From contig OZ234494.1 of NCBI GenBank assembly GCA_965153455.1, positions 6,138,001-6,202,000 on the forward strand: a stretch of DNA of 64,000 nucleotides. The letters are read 5' to 3'. A program made the translations under genes and the position numbers. The notes below the pieces were generated by a model, which saw only the letters and a program-made list of their open reading frames with translations, was not told the DNA's origin and made no database searches. Origin of the DNA: Sphagnum compactum. Lineage: Eukaryota. Below, piece by piece: positions 60,748 to 64,000 of this stretch; the first letter of the stretch is position 1; each line of letters opens with the position of its first letter.

Positions 60748-60748
<1 letters not shown>

Positions 60749-60780
<32 letters not shown>

Positions 60781-61280
60781 GGGAGGGATGGATGGATGAT
60801 AAGTAAGGACCCTTCTTTCTGTAGGTCACGGAATCAGGGCACATGGAAACCAATAGTCACCAGCACACCATGATGGATGGATGAAATTTATGGATGAGAA
60901 GCATGGAGAACTCATGGAAACCAGTAGCCAACAGCACACCATGATGGATGGATGGATGGATGGATGAAATTGATGGGTGAGAAGTGTGGAACCTTCTTTC
61001 TGTAGGTTAAGGATGGATGGAAGGATGGATGGAGGATAAGTACAGACCCTTCTTTCGCTAGGTTAAGGTTTCTGGACGCTATTTGGATCAAACAGTCACC
61101 AGCACATCATGATGGATGGATGGATGGATGGATGGACATATTGATGGATGATAAGTATGGATCCAACTTCTTTCTGTTAAAGGTTTTAGGGCACATATAA
61201 ACCAATAGCCACCAGCACACCATGATGGATGGATGGATAGATAGATGGATTGATGGATGATAAGAAAGGACCCTTCCTTT
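60749..61280. repeat. Complex repeat region: (AG)n followed by diverged units built around (GGAT)n
   Basis: The block aaaccaatagtcaccagcacaccatgatggatgg recurs four times and the block ggacccttctttctgtagg recurs about five times, interspersed with GGAT microsatellite. Confidence 0.8.
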
Positions 61281-61410
61281 GGCACGGCAGGGTGAGGTTC
61301 CAGGACACGTATGCATGGTGACTTGTATACGTGGCCTACAGGGCCCCTCATGGTTCCAGGGCCCTGTGGCCATTTGCCTGCCATTTTTAAGGCGTGTGGC
61401 CTATCAGGCA

Positions 61411-61565
61411 TTTGAGGCCTGGCCTAGCACCAGTTAAGGCGTTCCATGTCATCCTTTTGAGGCCTGGCCTAGCACCAGTAAAGGCGTTCCATGTCATCCT
61501 TTTGAGGCCTGGCCTAGCACCAGTAAAGGCGTTCCATGTCATCCTTTTGAGGGTTTAGGGTTTAG
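61411..61565. repeat. 45-bp tandem repeat x3 ending in a TTTAGGG tract
   Basis: tttgaggcctggcctagcaccagtaaaggcgttccatgtcatcct at 61411, 61456 and 61501; the fourth copy begins tttgagg and continues gtttagggtttag. Confidence 0.92.
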
Positions 61566-61792
61566 AAAGGCGTCTCTTGGCGTAAGTAATTGGAAAATAA
61601 AAAGAAATTAATTTTCAACTAGATAGAAGAGGGGAGAGAAAGATTCCACCTCGGAAGGAAGGTCGGTGAGAGCTCCCCTTCTCCTCCCCCCCCACCCCCC
61701 AAATATGATGATGACGAGAGCATCATATGATGAGAGCAGAGCATCACCCACCCTTCCGTCACATAGGTAACAAGTTCTTGCATTCCCCCAAA

Positions 61793-62175
61793 GTTGATGT
61801 GAAGCAAAGGAGCCCTCCTCCGACTACCCACCATTGATGTGAATCAAACGAGCGAGCGAGCATGTGCTACCCACCGTTGATGTGAATCAAAGGAGCCCCC
61901 CTACTACTACCCACCATTGATGTGAATCAAACGAACGAGCGAGCATGTGCTACCCACCGTTGATGTGAATCAAAGGAGCCCTCCTCCTACCGACGACCAT
62001 TGATGTGAATCGAAACGAGGGCTACCCACCATTGATGTTCACATCAACGGAGCCCTCCTACTACCCACCATTGATGTGAATCGAACAAGGGCTACCCACC
62101 GTTGATGTGAATCGAACAAGGGCTACCCACCGTTGATGTGAACATCAACCGAGCCCTCCTACCCACTATTGATGG
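61793..62175. repeat. Array of about 11 copies of a 25-bp core with short variable linkers
   Basis: Core ctacccacc(a/g)ttgatgtgaatc(a/g)aa with 6-18 bp linkers that themselves recur (cgagcgagcatgtg, ggagccctcct, caaggg). Confidence 0.9.
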
Positions 62176-62387
62176 AGGTGGAAATGGAGGCCCCCCCCCC
62201 CCCCCACCCCCCCAAAAAGTGCAACCAGCAGATGACAGCCTGTTCCAACTAGGAAAGAAAAAGAGCTCAAAAAGGTACTTGAAAAGATACATTTGGAGAG
62301 GATAGGGGACTCATGTTTGGGCTTAGTCAGCAAAACTCTCCACTTGTCGCTTTCCCATTGGTGGGTTTTCAAGAGCCAAACGCTTTC

Positions 62388-62575
62388 TCATTGGTTGGTG
62401 GCTTTAAACAATTGGTGGTTTTGCCATTATTGGTTGCTCAAATTTAATTTTTTAACATTGGTGGCTTTGCCATTATTGGCTGCTCAATTTACTTTTTTAA
62501 CATTGGTGGCTTTGCCATTATTGGTTGCTCAATTTTTTTAACATTGGTGACTTTGCCATTATTGGTTGCTCAATT
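62388..62575. repeat. Tandem repeat of about 41-45 bp rich in ATTGG (CCAAT on the minus strand), about 4 copies
   Basis: Unit ttttaacattggtggctttgccattattggttgctcaa. Confidence 0.85.
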
Positions 62576-63201
62576 GGCTACTCTAATCTAGTCTACTCTA
62601 GTCTACCACACACTACTTTTTTAAAATATTACTTGTGTTTTTCTTTTTCTTTCTTTTTCTTTTTTTTTCGGGTTTCATTCTAGACTCAAGCTCAACTTCA
62701 AAACTTGGATTCATCTGAATGAAAAAAAATTAAAAAAATAAAAAATAGTCTATTTGCAACACAAAATGGCAAAGCACTACTTTGTGCAACCTAACCTGCA
62801 ATCTAAATTTTTTGGAATTTTCGACAACATGGCTAATTTTTTTTCAAAAAATTCAACAACATAAACAATAATAATAATAATAATAATAAAATTTATGCCG
62901 AAGTCGCCCATGTACTATAACAACAACCCACCCAACAATTTGTGTCTATTGTTTATGTGGATCTATGGAAGTAAGATTTGAGTGAAACTCGTTGTAAAAC
63001 ATCATCCCCTCACAATGCTGGATGTTACATTTATTTTATTTTATTATTTATTTTATTGGGGTGGGGCCACAAACTGACAAAATCTATTGCAGAGGAAAAA
63101 GCAAGAGTTGGTATTGACTATTAACTTCTGAACATACCTCCTCATCTTGAAGTGTGTCAAAGGATGCATATCCAAAACCCACCATACCATACCCACTACC
63201 C

Positions 63202-63221
63202 AAACCCTAAACCCTAAACCC
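63202..63221. repeat. (AAACCCT) x about 3 telomere-like tract
   Basis: aaaccctaaaccctaaaccc read directly. Confidence 0.75.
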
Positions 63222-64000
63222 TTATCATGAGTCAGATGAAGGAAAACCAAAGAATTTGTAAGAGCTGAGGCAGCAAGGTGAATGAATGGTATCAACCAGT
63301 GTTGGATGGATGGATGGATCTTACTTTTCTTTTTCCTTTTTCCAAATACCCAGTGGGCAGGTTTTTTTTTTTTGTTTTTCTAATTAAATTTTCTAATTAT
63401 TTTATTTTATTTCTTTATTTTAAATTGATTTTTTTTGTTACACATAGGTTATTGAATAATCAGATTTTGAAATTTTTGGTACCCACTTGTTATACCCCCC
63501 CCCCCCCCTTATCAATTTTCTTGGGGTTTTTTGTTTTTTTTTTTTGGTGGTAACACCCACTTGGTATGCTTAAGAGTCAGGTTTCCAATACCCATAATAA
63601 GAATCATCTAGTTTTGTGTCAAGGTAGGTTATTGTGCCCCCTCCCCTCCCCTCCCAAAAAGAATGACCTTGGAATTTTTCTCTCAATTGAAGTCTAGTTC
63701 ACACAATTGTCCACAACTTCTATAACTACAATATCGCAATACCTTGGCAAATTTGGCACACGAATGTCGAATAATTAAGTTAAGTGTAGTTTCTTGGTTC
63801 AACACTTGGGTAGGTAGTTTCAACCTTGGTAAATAATGAAAAAAATCAACCTACTTTTTATACTTAATTGAGATCGAAAGTTTTTTTTTTTTTTTTTTTT
63901 GGGTCTATTTATAAAATAACACCAAAAATATCTATCCAAATATTATTTTTAGTTATATAGAAATCATGACGAGGATCCTAATATGTAGAAGACCTAAGTA

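Noticed and set aside
61793..62175. CRISPR-like repeat-spacer appearance
   Set aside because: The linkers are only 6-18 bp, recur among themselves and vary in length. There are no cas genes and the context is plant nuclear DNA.

Overview
Eukaryotic land-plant nuclear DNA, most likely a moss. The AT-rich intergenic DNA, spliceosomal introns and dispersed repeat families resemble Sphagnum; this is inference and not verified. Five apparently intact multi-exon genes can be spliced by eye: a TGA-type bZIP transcription factor (-), a divergent alpha-tubulin (+), a BTB/POZ protein (-), an alpha/beta-hydrolase lipase (+) and a GA20-oxidase-like 2-oxoglutarate dioxygenase (-). There is one tRNA-Arg(CCG). 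Two pseudogenes are present: an 11-exon aspartate aminotransferase with three premature stops, and a phase-consistent multi-exon gene of unrecognised family at about 21.4-24.1 kb. Transposon relics include Ty1/copia, a hAT-like element, a candidate solo LTR, a complete non-autonomous Helitron with two 5' ends, a Ty3/gypsy pol interrupted by a TIR element, and a MULE-type transposase with a GCM-like zinc domain. There are many minisatellites, two of which abut short TTTAGGG tracts. I see no CRISPR array or prokaryotic system, and no clearly novel multi-gene system. The best leads are the divergent Tyr-less tubulin, the orphan pseudogene, the GCM-like/MULE element beside the dead aminotransferase, and the GA20ox-like enzyme.
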